A DNA stretch of 64,000 bases from Rhizaria sp. SCN 62-66 (taxonomy: Eukaryota). The stretch is taken from positions 1-64,000 of the forward strand of contig MEDY01000140.1 of NCBI GenBank assembly GCA_001724265.1. Direction: 5' to 3'. The notes under the pieces are model-generated. The model saw only the letters and a list, made by a program, of their open reading frames with translations. It was not told the origin of the DNA and searched no databases. A program made the translations under genes and the position numbers. Below, piece after piece: positions 23,201 to 35,300 of this stretch (its first letter is position 1; the number at the start of each line of letters is the position of its first letter).

Positions 23201-26200
23201 ATGCCGCCGCGCTGCAAGACATCGCACAATCAGCCGCGCAGGCCGCCAACGACGCCGTCAACAAGTTGCCCTGCCCGGACTCTACCGTCATGGGTCTCGT
23301 CGACGGCGCGGGCGTTACGGTGGCAGCAGCGGACGGAGTTGCGATCGCTCGGGACTCGGCGCCGCTGCTGCTTGAGTGGGCTGCGGCGGCCGCGGTGACG
23401 ACGCTGCGCCAGACCGTCTGGCACCTCGCTGTCAACCGCATGTTCGCCGACCTCCGGTCTGCGGCCAACAACCAGAAGAAGGCCGCCGACAACGCCACCA
23501 AGGCCGCCCGGGAGAAGGAACTTCAGCAGCAACACGCTAACGAGGCTGACGCTGACGCTGGCAGCGACAAGAAGTCGTCCAAGCCCGTCGAGAGCGCCAA
23601 GACCGCCGACGACGATGCCAACACTGGCAGTCAGAACGAGGGCGGCGCGCTCGTCGACGTATCCCTCGCTGCTTCCGCCGAGGCCGACTCTCTATTCGGA
23701 AACACCAGCGACGACTTCCCTCTGGCCGCACTCGACGCCGTGTCCTCGACGATGGTGTCCCGTTTTCTGCCCGCGCTGTTCCTGGTGCAGTATGTGCACT
23801 GGTCGCCGCGCACCGAGCTCCCCGTGCTCGTCGTCCACTCCGAGGTCGCCGGTTTGGAGCTCATCACGGGCCGCGACAAGGTGCTGCCCACGCTCGTCGA
23901 GAACAACGTCACGCACTCGGACATCTTCCCCACCGACGTCGAGGCCGAGATGAAGGCCTTCCTCCGCTCGCTCAAGCAGAAGCCGACACAGCCTACGTAC
24001 GTCCTCGCCTCCGCGGCGCCCTCCGTGTCCGAGTCACAGAAGACCGCCCCCGCCGCTGCTGACCCCGATTCCGCTGCCGCCGGCGACGACGACAAGACTG
24101 GTGAGATTGCGGATCCTGAGGCTGAGGCTGAGGAGCACCCACACGCACCCGTGGACCCGTCCTCGTGGTCTGTGCCCGCGACCGAGCTCGCCGCGCGCGC
24201 CGACCTCCGCGAGCGCATCATCTACTCGATCGACCCGCCCACCGCACGCGACCTCGACGACGCGCTCTCCGTCGAGCCCTTGCCCGACGGCACGTTCCGC
24301 GTCGGCGTCCACATCGCTGATGTCTCCTTCTTCGTGCGCCCCGGAATGAAGGTCGACGCTGAGGCTGTGTACCGCGCCACGTCAGTCTACCTGAGCAACT
24401 TTGTCGTGCCCATGCTGCCGCGCATCCTGTGCGAGGAGCTCTGCTCACTCAACCCCGGCGTGGACCGCCTCGCCTTCTCGTGCTTCTTCCGCATGGACAC
24501 TGCGGGCAACATTATCCGCGAGGCCGAGAGTGACAAGTTAAGCCGCGTCGGTAAGTTCGTGACCGAGACGGGTGCGCCTGCGGTGGAGAACGCGTACAAG
24601 TACGTGCGCCCGCTCGGCGGCGACAACGGCAAGTCTGGCCCTAAGAAGGGCGGCAACAGCAACGAGGCCAAGCGCAACGACGACGACGATTCTGATGACG
24701 ACGATGACGATGAGGATGGTGGCGCGAAGCAGCGTCGCCCCCGCAAGGACCAGGGCGCCCCCAGCAAGAAGGGCAGCGGCGGCAAGGACAACTCTGCGCC
24801 CAAGGAGCCCCCGCGTCGCAACCTGATCGAGGACGCGTGGTTCGGCAAGTCCGTCATCCGCTCCTGCATCAAGCTCGACTACGCGACCGCGCAGCAGCTT
24901 GTCGACTGCGGTTTCGACGGCGTCGACCTGGACTCCGCCGTCGCCGCCGGGAAGGCCATGCCCGCGGTGTGCGCGCGCGTTGGCGTCACCCACTCTCTGC
25001 GCGACCTCACGGCCAAGACCAACCTTAACGCCGACGAGGCCATCCTGGCCCAGCTCCGCGGCCGGCCCGACCTCTGGGCCACGGTCTCCTCGGGCGGTCG
25101 CTGCGCGCCGGTCGACCAGGCGCTGCTGCCCGAGATCGTCCGCAGCGCGCGTATGCTGCACGCGCTCGGCATGCATCGCCGCGCGTGGCGCTTCCGCACC
25201 GGCTCGCTCGCGCTCAACCGCTCCGCGCTCGCGTACAAGTACGGCGTCGAGGGCGCGGCGTACAACGCCGAGCACGCCAACGACGCCTCGAAGGCGGGGA
25301 CTGACCCCGCTGCCGCGGGCATGCCCAACGCGGCTGTGACGGACGCGCCAGGCTTGCTCAAGACTGTACAGAGCTTCTCCCGGTACCCGATGTACGACGC
25401 CAACAACGTCATCGAAGAGTTCATGCTTCTGGGCAACCTGTTCGTCGCGCAGCGCATCTCGCGTGTGTTTCCGGCCACGTCGCTCGTGCGCAACCACCCG
25501 GCGCCGAACAAGCTCGAGGCCATCGTCGCCGGCCTCGCCGTGCACGGCGTGGAGATCAACCCTGCGTCGGCGCACACGGTGCACGACTCACTGCAGAAGC
25601 TCACGCGGCTGCAGGAGGAGTACCGCGCTAACGGCGGCAAGCTCGTCGCCGGCTCCGTCATGATCGTGCCCCCCGCGGCGCCGTGGTCGCCCGACGCCAA
25701 GGCCAACAGTAACAACAACGGCAAGAAGGGCGCCGCGCCCGTGTCCGCGCCCGCGGTGCGGTCGGTGCAGGACAAGACCGCCAAGCTCATGGAGCTGCTG
25801 AGTCGGCTGGCGCCGTCCGGCCTGGGCATCGTCGACGCGCTGGAGGAGATCATCCTGCGCGGTATGATGCGCGCCAACTACATCTGCACGGGCAACAACA
25901 AGGGCCGCGACGACAACACGCCGCCCAGCTCGTGGCACCACTACGCGCTCAACTTCGATGAGTACACGCACTTCACGTCGCCTATTCGTCGCTATCCCGA
26001 CGTTGCCGTCCACCGCCTCCTCGAGGCCTCCCTACAGGTACATCTTTATCCCACTTATGCTTTGATTAAAGTAAGCTTTGCTTGAATTGCTGTTGAGAAC
26101 TTGTTTTATTTTCTACTTTCTATCATCTTTGACACTGCTCACTAAACTCCCACATTTCTGTCACATGTTTGTTTCTTTTTTCACACTTTAGGTCGAGTCC

Positions 26201-28441
26201 GTGATCACGTCGCTGCCGTTCGCGCCCTTCTACGCCGCGGGCGCCGTCGAGCGCACCCAGACGCCCTACTCCGGCGCGCTCACCGACGCCGCCTACCAGC
26301 GGTGGGCCCACGTCCCGCTCGTCATGGGCGCTCGCCCCGGCAAGACCGCGGCCCCCAACACCGGCATCAAGACCTCTGGCGGCAAGACCCGCCGCAGCGG
26401 CGCAAACAACGACGACGTCGACGGCGATGAGATCGACGAAGTCGACGCCGCTGCCGCTGAGGCTGATGACGATGACTCCGCGTTTGACCGTGAGGCAGAG
26501 TACGAGGGCGCCCTCGACGAGGCCGTCGCCGAGACCTACGGCGGCAAGGACGGCAAGAAGGGCGGTAAGAAGGGCAAGGGCAGGGCTGCCGCTGCTGAGG
26601 CTAAGGACAAGCTCGCCAAGACTCGCCAGGCTGTTCCGTCCGCCAACACTGCCGTGGCCGCCGCGTTGACCAAGGCGCCTCTGGTTCCCCTGTACCTGCC
26701 TCTGCCCGTCACGGCCTCGGCGCAGGCGTCGCTCAACTGGGCCCGCCGCGTGCGGCCCGAGACGATGGCGGCCATCTGCGACCACTCGAACGAGCGCAAG
26801 GTCGAGGCCAAGGCGTGCTCAAACGGCGCGATCACGCTCATGTTCTGCGAGCTCGTTTTGCGCCGCACTCTGCAGCGTGACGCCGTGCTCAAGGCGCTGC
26901 ACGTCACCCTCGGCTTCGGCGCCGCACCCGCCACGCCTCTGCCCGCGTTGATGCACGTCGCCGTCGAGCGCCGCATCGCCACCGCCGCCGCTGCCGCTGC
27001 CGAGTCCGCCACCGCTGTTGTCCCCGCTGTCCCGGCCGCGGGCTCGCTCATAGCCGCCGCGCCCGTCAAGGCTGCGTCGAGCTCGAGCCGCCGCCGCCGC
27101 GCGGGCGCTGGCGCCGCCGCGGACAAGAGCGCGGCGCCCGAGCTCATCACGAGCGCGATGGGCAACAAGAAGAGCGCCAAGCTTGGTCCTGACGCCGCGT
27201 CAGTCGAGCAGCGCGGGCTCATCGCCGCCACACGCCACGCGCGCATCTTCGCCGCCGAGGCCCCCGCCGTCGTCGCGGCGCACAGTCCCTACGAGGCGCA
27301 CCTGCTCGCGGTCGCCGAGCGTGCGGTAAAGCCGCTGCTCAAGTGGGCCGGGGCGCCGCTGGTGCTGGCGCTGGCGCCGCTGATCGTGGAGGAGGGCATT
27401 GTCGTCGAGCTCGCCGACGGCGCCATCGAGGTTTTCTGCCCGCGCATCAACCTGACGATCGGCGTAAAGGTTGACGCGATCGTCGGCGCGGTTGTGGGCC
27501 GGATCGTCCAGGTCAGCAGCGGCGGCGCGGCCCCCGGGGCGGACGAGGACGGCCAGGGCGCGCGCCGCGGCGGCAAGGCCAAGGCGGGCCAGCGGGGCAA
27601 GGTCGGCAACAAGCGTCGCGGGCCCCGCGCCGGTGATGCCGAGGGCAACGACGACGTCGACGACGACGAGGAGGAGGCTGACGACAACGATGACGACAAC
27701 GAGGATGACTACGCCAAGTACGAGGAGCAGTACGACAAAGACAACGCCGAGGAGCGCGCGCTGGCGAAGCGCAACGGCCGACTGCACCGCGGTGACGCTC
27801 GTGGCGGCAAGGGCGCGCACGGCGGCGGCGGCAGTGACGTGACTGTCGCGGCCAAGCGCGGTGGCAAGGGCAAGGGTGGCGATGATGATGACGAGCTCGG
27901 TGAGACCGTGGCTGAGGTGGCGTGGAGCGAGTCGTTCGCGCAACTCGCCAACTGGGCATGGGCCGACCCCACCACCATCATCTCGAGCTCTAGCGCGAGC
28001 GCCAATACCACTGACAAGGACAGTGTCGCGATCGATGGCAGCGACGGCGTGACCCGCGTGTTCGACCTCTCGGCCGACTCCGTCTGGCGCAATCTGCCGA
28101 CCTGGGTCGACGGCCAGTGGGACGAGGGCGAGGGCGCGGCAGTGCTCCCCGCCGGGTCCGCTGCGGCCGCCGCGAAGGGCTCCGCGAGCGCAGCCGCCGA
28201 GCGCGCTGAGAACGACGGCGCTGACGACGAGGCTGACGAGGAGGATGAAGATGAGGACGAGGACGATGACGATGATGAATCTCGCCCGGCCACGCCCGTC
28301 AAGGCTGGCAAGGGCGGCAAGATTAACCGTCAGGTGATTCGTCTGTTGAGCACGGTGCGTGTCGGCGTGTGCGTTATGCTGCCCGAGATGAAGCCCAAGG
28401 GTGTCCTGCTTCCCAACCTTGTCAAGCAGAAGCAGCAGTAA
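20223..28441 (+). CDS. DIS3L2: DIS3-like exonuclease 2 (RNase II/RNB family), ~2,598 aa; exons 20223-21446, 21570-22385, 22531-26037, 26192-28441
   Basis: RNRAFGGD cold-shock motif, R-DLR, [65 protein letters not shown]; no PIN domain recognised; ends TAA. Confidence 0.9.
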
Positions 28442-29143
28442 GCAGGCAGTCTGCAAGAAGCACGCTCACGCAAGTTTGTTATGTGCCCACTTGCATGTCT
28501 CAACGCGAGTCGTCACTGTACACTAAGCCGATGGTGGTAAGACGAGCAATCATGTCTTGCTTGTTTGTCTGTGTCAATGGGTAGTCTAAGATGCAATATG
28601 ATTATGATGGTGCAACTGAAGATCATTAGAACGTGGAAAGTAATATGAATGACACGTTGTGGTGTGTTCCACATGACTCTTGAGTCCTGGAGCATAAGGG
28701 AAGAAAAGGAGGTTAATGACAATGAATCTTCATGAATAATTTGAATAATGAGTATGAACTCACAATAATAATGATAATAAGATAATTTATCAGAAAAAGT
28801 ACGTGTATAATTGGTTAATAAGTACCACAAAACGATTTAATTATCCGAGTGTATATGTTGTGCCCGACGTTTGGGTGATCGTGAATGCATGAAAAGCACT
28901 ATAGCGGCGTTCGTTCGCGCTGCCTCAGTGCTGATGGTGTGTCTCCGCCTTGTCTTCGCCTTGTTGTTGTGACTTGCTGTGCTGCGAACACAGTCCTTCA
29001 TAGTAACTTGACTCCGACCGACATTGTCATCTCACCAACGATAATTCACGATCCTCAGAACCAATGCACAATGACTCCACTTCTCACAAAATACAAAAAT
29101 AAATACATGTCAAGCTCAAACACGCACTATTGAAAAGGCTGTG

Positions 29144-29202
29144 AGAACCATCAATCAACAAAAGACGTATCAGAACCATCAATCAGCAAAAGACGTATCA
29201 GA
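29144..29202 (+). repeat. Intergenic 28-nt tandem duplication (2 copies, 1 mismatch)
   Basis: AGAACCATCAATCA(A/G)CAAAAGACGTATC at 29144-29171 and 29172-29199. Confidence 0.9.
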
Positions 29203-29661
29203 CAATCTACGATTCATGTGTGCTCAAGTATCAAGTGGCATGAACAGCGATAACAATGACATGACAACACGCAAGCGAATGAGACCAAGCCCAAGACGAA
29301 AAAATCACGTTAAACGCATCTCTATCTCGCACATTCAAAAAAACAAGCTGAATGAAGCTGAATGAATCTATGTATCGAACCACACAAGAACTGCCAAAAC
29401 CACGTGAAACAAGAAAAAAATAGAGGAACAGAATCTTGCAGACGGCAGTCTCCTTTTCCTCCTCCTCCTTTACTTTGTGTGACTAGATAAGTTTGAATAG
29501 TAGAGTGAAAAGAGAGTAAAAGTATATCTTTTTTGCTGAAAAACTCAACAAGTTAGATCACATGAGAACGAACCTCATTTTGTTTCTTGCAGCGTCACCA
29601 TCGCGAAGCTAAACAAGTACCCCATGTCTCAGTTGCGACGGAACGTCAGTTGTGCAGCCAC

Positions 29662-31863
29662 TCAGCCAACGATGGTGCCCTGCTTAGCGTTGGGCGCTGG
29701 TGGCGAGTCCGGCTTCGCGAACATCTTGATCGCGCGCGGCACAACCGCGATGTAGACAGCGCCCGCGGACTCGAACATCTCCCCGTCGACGTTGATCACG
29801 CCGCGCTCACTGTCATCCCACGCCGCAGCCGGTGTGCCGCTCTCGGTGTGATTGCTGTTCTGGTGGAAGTTGCGGCGCGCGACCGTGAGGCGGCACGCGG
29901 GGACCTGAACCTGCCGCACCAGCGCGTTGCCCAAGTGCGCACCGACCGGTAGCTGCGCGAAGATGGCCAGGATCTGCGCCCGCGTGGCGTCGCATGCGAA
30001 CGTGAGGTCGAGCAGGCCGTCGTCGAGCAGAGCCACGGGCGCCACGCGCATGCCCTGGCCGAAGTGTTGGGTGTGATTCGCGAACGCAGTCACCATCGGC
30101 GACGACACCGTCACGAACTCACTCTCGCTCTCACTCGCACTCTCACGAGCACTCGCGCTTGCGTGAGAAGCAGCAGGGTCAGATGCACTGCTCTCCTTCT
30201 TCTTCTTAAGAGCGAGTGCGACTGAGGATGACGATGCAAGCGCGACATCGTTCCCGTTGTCACTGTGGCCGTTGCCGTTGCGCACCACCGTCGGCTTCGC
30301 AATCCCCCCTGCACTTGCACTGCCCGCCGCCGCAGCAGCAGCAGCGATGGCGGCGGCCGTGGACGGGAACGCGGGGCGCGGGTACACGACCTCTGTGTGG
30401 AGCTTCTGCAGCTTCATCGCCGCCCAGAGCCCGCAGAGATCGTACCGCGCGGGCCCCAGGTTGCGGCAGCTCTCAGCCGTGGCTCCGATATCCCCGATCA
30501 GCCCCAGCGCGATCTCGTTCGACGAGAACACCGCCAGCGGTACCGCGCTCGCGCTCTCGCTCGCACTCTCTGCGTCCACACCCGCACCGGTGATCCGTCC
30601 GTCGCGGCTGCCATGAGTGGTCGTATCCGTGGAGTCGGTGCAGGTGGGGTATGTGTCGTAGCCGCCGGCGGGGGGCGCGGGCAGGCCGAACAGCGGCTGC
30701 GCGACTGAGCTCTCCCCTGTGCTCACCACCGCGTCTCCACCGCCTCTCGACACAGCCGCAGTCGGGGTCGCGGTCGCGGTGGTGCGAGTGGCGAGGTCTG
30801 CGGCGGCGGCGGCGTCGGCGGCGGCGACGTCGGCGCGCGCGATGGGGTTTAGTGACAGCATCAGCTCGAACATCATGTTCCGGTGCCAACTACTACTACT
30901 CGCACTAGCCGTCGCCCCCTCACTCGCACTCGCACTCTCGGTCGCCTCAGTCTCCGTTGCAGTCGTAGTCGCAGTCTTGGCTTTCTCTGTCAAAGCGCGT
31001 GCGCGGCGCCGGCGCTCGGCCGCGTGCGCGGCCATAAACGCGCCGTCCACCACGAGATTCACGTCCGAGTCAAACGCGACGCCCGCGATGACGTTCGCGA
31101 CGGCCTCGCTGCAGCGGAGCGTGCCCAGGTCCGTGGCGACCGAGTTGCCCGAGCCGCCGGGCACGAGTCCCACGGGTAACCGCGCGCCGTCGGGGCGGCT
31201 TAACATTCCGTTGACGGTCTCCATGAGGGATCCGTCGCCGCCGATAACAACGAGCGCGTCGTAGCCAGCGAACGGCACCGTCAGCGCGTAGTCGCGCGCG
31301 TGGCCGCCGTACTGCGTCTCGAGTACGGTCACGGCGACGCCCGCAGCGGTGAAGGCGGGGAGAACGATGTCGTGGAGGATGCGGTAGCCGAGGCGGGTGC
31401 CGGAGGTGGTGTTGCAAATGACGTAGACGGCGCGCACGGGCACGGCGGGCGGCGCCGCGGCGGCGAACACGGGGCGCAGCGCGGGCGCAGCCGGCAGGGT
31501 GCAGGGCAAGCCAGCGGACATGACTGGCACGAACACGATCATGACGCGTAGGAGAGACAGTCCAAGCACGGCCGAGAGCACGACGGTGCCCGCAATGCCG
31601 CCGCCGGAAGACAGGTCGGAGACGAAGTAGCCCTCCTGATGTACGGCGAGCAGCACGGCGGCCGCCACGATGCCCAGGCCAAGGTAGACGACGATGTTGG
31701 TGTTGAAGACGCAGGCGCCCTCGCATGTCGCGGGGACGCGCCGCGCAAGGTCGTGCTTAATGAACATGCGGTCCAGCGGCGCGCGCAGGCCCTTCGCAGT
31801 CTCCAGCATCGCGGATGCCTCGGCTGAAAGCTCGGGCTCAGAAGGAGCGGGAGCAGAACTCAT
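29662..31863 (-). CDS. Sphingosine/ceramide/diacylglycerol kinase family (DAGK_cat) lipid kinase with two N-terminal TM helices
   Basis: N-SG, LETQYGGHA, GGDG, E-VNGM, PGGSGN, G-GMRVAP-A-LDDGLLD, NVDGE; ends TGA. Confidence 0.88.
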   Translation of the reverse strand: MSSAPAPSEPELSAEASAMLETAKGLRAPLDRMFIKHDLARRVPATCEGACVFNTNIVVYLGLGIVAAAVLLAVHQEGYFVSDLSSGGGIAGTVVLSAVLGLSLLRVMIVFVPVMSAGLPCTLPAAPALRPVFAAAAPPAVPVRAVYVICNTTSGTRLGYRILHDIVLPAFTAAGVAVTVLETQYGGHARDYALTVPFAGYDALVVIGGDGSLMETVNGMLSRPDGARLPVGLVPGGSGNSVATDLGTLRCSEAVANVIAGVAFDSDVNLVVDGAFMAAHAAERRRRARALTEKAKTATTTATETEATESASASEGATASASSSSWHRNMMFELMLSLNPIARADVAAADAAAAADLATRTTATATPTAAVSRGGGDAVVSTGESSVAQPLFGLPAPPAGGYDTYPTCTDSTDTTTHGSRDGRITGAGVDAESASESASAVPLAVFSSNEIALGLIGDIGATAESCRNLGPARYDLCGLWAAMKLQKLHTEVVYPRPAFPSTAAAIAAAAAAAGSASAGGIAKPTVVRNGNGHSDNGNDVALASSSSVALALKKKKESSASDPAASHASASARESASESESEFVTVSSPMVTAFANHTQHFGQGMRVAPVALLDDGLLDLTFACDATRAQILAIFAQLPVGAHLGNALVRQVQVPACRLTVARRNFHQNSNHTESGTPAAAWDDSERGVINVDGEMFESAGAVYIAVVPRAIKMFAKPDSPPAPNAKQGTIVG

Positions 31864-32391
31864 CGTGGAAAGCGAGCTCGGCAGAGTCAAGGCTCGGTGT
31901 ATAGGGGTCTTGGAAAAAGAAGTCGGAGGAGGGATAAATTAAGTGACTAAGATGAATAATTAAAATATAATGAAATTAGAGTATGATTAATTTTGAATTT
32001 GTGCTGTTTGTTGCATTTGACGGCGAGTATATGACGTTAAATGTTGTTCCGTTTCGTGGCTTTCGTCAAGTCCTTGTGGTCGGAGCTCGGGCAGAGTATT
32101 TGCAAGTGACTTTTATCTAAGCATTTCGAGTTCCATAATATCACCATGAAAGTAAAACGATCATGGGGAAAACAGTAAAATTAAGCACATCAAATGTACA
32201 TGATACTTAAGAGAGAAAATGAACAGATAAATGAGTATTTGTGAAGAGGGAATCAACTTTAAATAAATTTTATTGCGACCCTTGTTACAAAGGTGGCACT
32301 CTCGCTCGTTCATCGCTAAGGTAAAACATCAAATCATCAATTCGTGCTAAATAACACAGTTGTTCCATAAAGTACTTTGTTCCTTCCATCT

Positions 32392-35300
32392 TTACATTTG
32401 CTTGTCATCTGTCATATCGATAACCTTCGATGCCACCGCACTTGTGGCCGCAGCTGCGCTCGCAGCGGCAGCAGTCGTCGTCGCAGCGTTTGCGGCTGCA
32501 GTAGCAGCAGCAGCAGCAGCAGAAGCAGCAGCCGCCGCTGCCGCATTTTTAGCGGCAGCGTTGGCGGCCTGCACGGCTGCGTGTCCGATCATGCGCTCAC
32601 CCATAGTGACATCCCAGACCAGCCCCGCGCCCGTGCCCGCCGCAGTGGACGCGTTGGCGGCGGCCAACAGCACGCGCCGAGCCAGCGCCCGGCGCGGCCG
32701 CGGCATCGCGCGCCACCACGCCGCCGCGCCGCGCTCGTCCTCATCCTCATCGTCCTCGTCTTCGTCCGCGGTGACGTCCTGCGCCGCGTCAGAGCCGCAG
32801 CCGTCGCCGCCTGCGACCGGCCGCGGGCTACGGGGCGGGCTAGGCCGCGCGGCCGCTGCGCCTGACGCGGTGCGCTTGCCGCGACTGCGACCGTCGCTGG
32901 CTTGCTCGTACGCATGGAGAGGACGCGCAGACATGTTGGTGCGTCCCGGCCAGGGCCAGGGCTGCTCGAGCGTGGCCAGCAGAACGACGCCGCGCCCGCC
33001 GCTGCCGACGTCACTGCCGCCGCACGCCGTCGCCGCGGCCGCAGCGCCCTGAACAGCAGTGCGCGCGTGCGCGGCCGCGAGCAGGGCTGCGTCGTACCGT
33101 GACAGCGCCGAGGGCTTCGCCTGCAGCCGCGCACGCGAAAGCGCGGCCTCAGCTTCGTCATCGCCCTCGGGCACCACCGCGCTCGCCTCGGCGGCCTCGG
33201 CGGCAACGGCGGCTTCGGCGGCGTCCGCGGCAAAGGCGGCGGCGCGCGAGCCAGACGGCGCCCAGAGCCGCGAAAGCTCGCTGTACAGCGTGGTCAGCAG
33301 CCCCAGCGGCGCGCGCGAGAGCCAAAGGTCGAGCCGCGGCAGCACAAGCACCGACGCAGGCGGCGGCGGTGGCGGCGCAGATGCGGACGCAGACGCAGCG
33401 TGCGCGTGACCACCGGCGTGCCTCGAGCCCGCAGCGACCGCGGCCACCGAGGTGTGATCGACGTGGCTCTGCGCGAGCTGGCGGGCGGCGGACACGGCGG
33501 CGGCGAAAGCCTCGGTCACGGCCCAGCAGGCCTCGGCGCCGGCGTCGGCCGTGGCGTCGGAGTCGGCGGCGGAGGCCAGCGCGGACGCCAGAGCTGCGGG
33601 CACGCCGGCGGTGACGAGCGCGGAGACCGACTGCGAGGCCGCGGCGGTGGCGGCCGCGTGCGGTGCAATGCTCGGCAGATACAGATACTGGATGGGGCAC
33701 TGCGCGAACGGCCCCGCAGCGCCCTCGGTCGTCGCGGCACTGTTAGACCGCTCGATGGCGCTGCCGGAGTGACCGTGAGCGAGGACCTCGTGGAGCAAGT
33801 CGCCTGGGCAGGACGCCAGCAGCAGCGAGCGCAGCTGCGGGGGTAGACGCATGCGCGGCGGTAGTGCCAGCAGAGGTCGCGCGGACGCAATGGGCGCAAC
33901 ACTCACAAGCGGCGGCGTAGATGCCGGGAAAGTGTCTGCAGCAGGAGTTACACCAGAGGCGATCGCGCTTTTGTCAGTCAATGCAGCAGTCACTGCCTTA
34001 CACGCGCTCGTTTTGGTGGACGCAGCAGCAAGGTACGCGGCAAATGCAGCAGCCGCAGAAGTGTGCCCACGGAAGCCGAAGTCACTACTCGCCGTGGGGG
34101 CGTTGACAAGAGCGGTCGCGGCGGCAGCGCCTCCGTTGGCAGCCACCGTCGCCGCCGCCGCAGCAGCAGCAGCCGCCGCAGCAGCAGCAGAGGCAGCAGA
34201 GGATAACGGCGCAACGGGCGCGGCGAGCGCTGCGACTAAAGAGAGCGCCTTGCGCGTGCGGCGCAGCATCGTCGCCGAAGCCGCGCTCCACAGCTGCCCG
34301 TGGCCGCCACCAGCGCCGTGGCCTGTGGCTGTTGGCGGCAGGCAGATGCGCGACAGCAGATACCCCGCGTGCCGCGCCCACGGCGTCGGCGGTGCGGAGG
34401 GCATCTCGGCCGCCGCTGCCGCAGCCGCAGCAGACTCCGGAGTCGCGGTGTCGCTGCTGTGGAGGCCCGACGCAGCGAGCGAGGCGAGGAGCCCGCCTGC
34501 GCCGCCGTTGGCGCTGGCGAGTGCGTCGGCGCCAGCAGTGGCAAGCAAGAAAGGGTTCGCGTCGCCAGTACGGGCGATCGACGGCTTAACTTTGAACAGA
34601 GCCTGGTCGAAGTGCCTGTCGTGCACGCACACCAGCTCCAGGTTCAGCGGCGCAGTGAACGCGAGCGGCGTGCCTTCAGCTGCGGCGGCGCCGGACGGGG
34701 TGGCGGTGAGCGCAGGAGCGCCGGTCTCGAGCTGGTTCTGCTCCGAGGCCTCGGAGATGGCGCAAAAGAGCGCCTCGCGGCACAGAGCCTCCATGTCCGC
34801 GCCAGAGTAGCCCACAGTAGCCGCCGCGACGCGCGACAGCGACAGGGGCGCACCGGAGGTGCTGCTCGTCGTGCCGGCAGTGGCGGCAGCGGAGGCCGCC
34901 GCGGTGGCAGCGAAGACAGCGCGAGCCTCAGCCGCGTCGGCGGCCGCGCTTGCAGCGGCGATATTGGCGATCGAGGCCGCAGCTGACGCAGCAGTTGCGT
35001 CACCCGAGTCAGCGTCCGCATTCACCGAAGCGAGCAGTGCCGCAACCTTGCTGTGGGTCTCATCAGCCTCAGCACGGGCAGTCTGCGCAGCCGCTGCGGC
35101 CGCGCGGGCCGCGTCACGAAGCGCGCGCTTGCGGTCGCTCTCACGCGGCCACTTGGAGGTGACGCGGCGCAGGATATCGAGGCGCCCCGCGGCGTCGGGC
35201 AGCCCGACCTGGATCTCGCGGTCGAAGCGTCCCGGCCGGCGCAGCGCGGGGTCGATGGCGTCGGGACGGTTGGTCGCCGCGATCACGGCCACGCCGCCGC

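Noticed and set aside
20133-28456. Long antisense/alternate-frame ORFs over DIS3L2 (and similarly over the AAA gene)
   Set aside because: They mirror the real frame; stop-poor GC-rich DNA makes them expected
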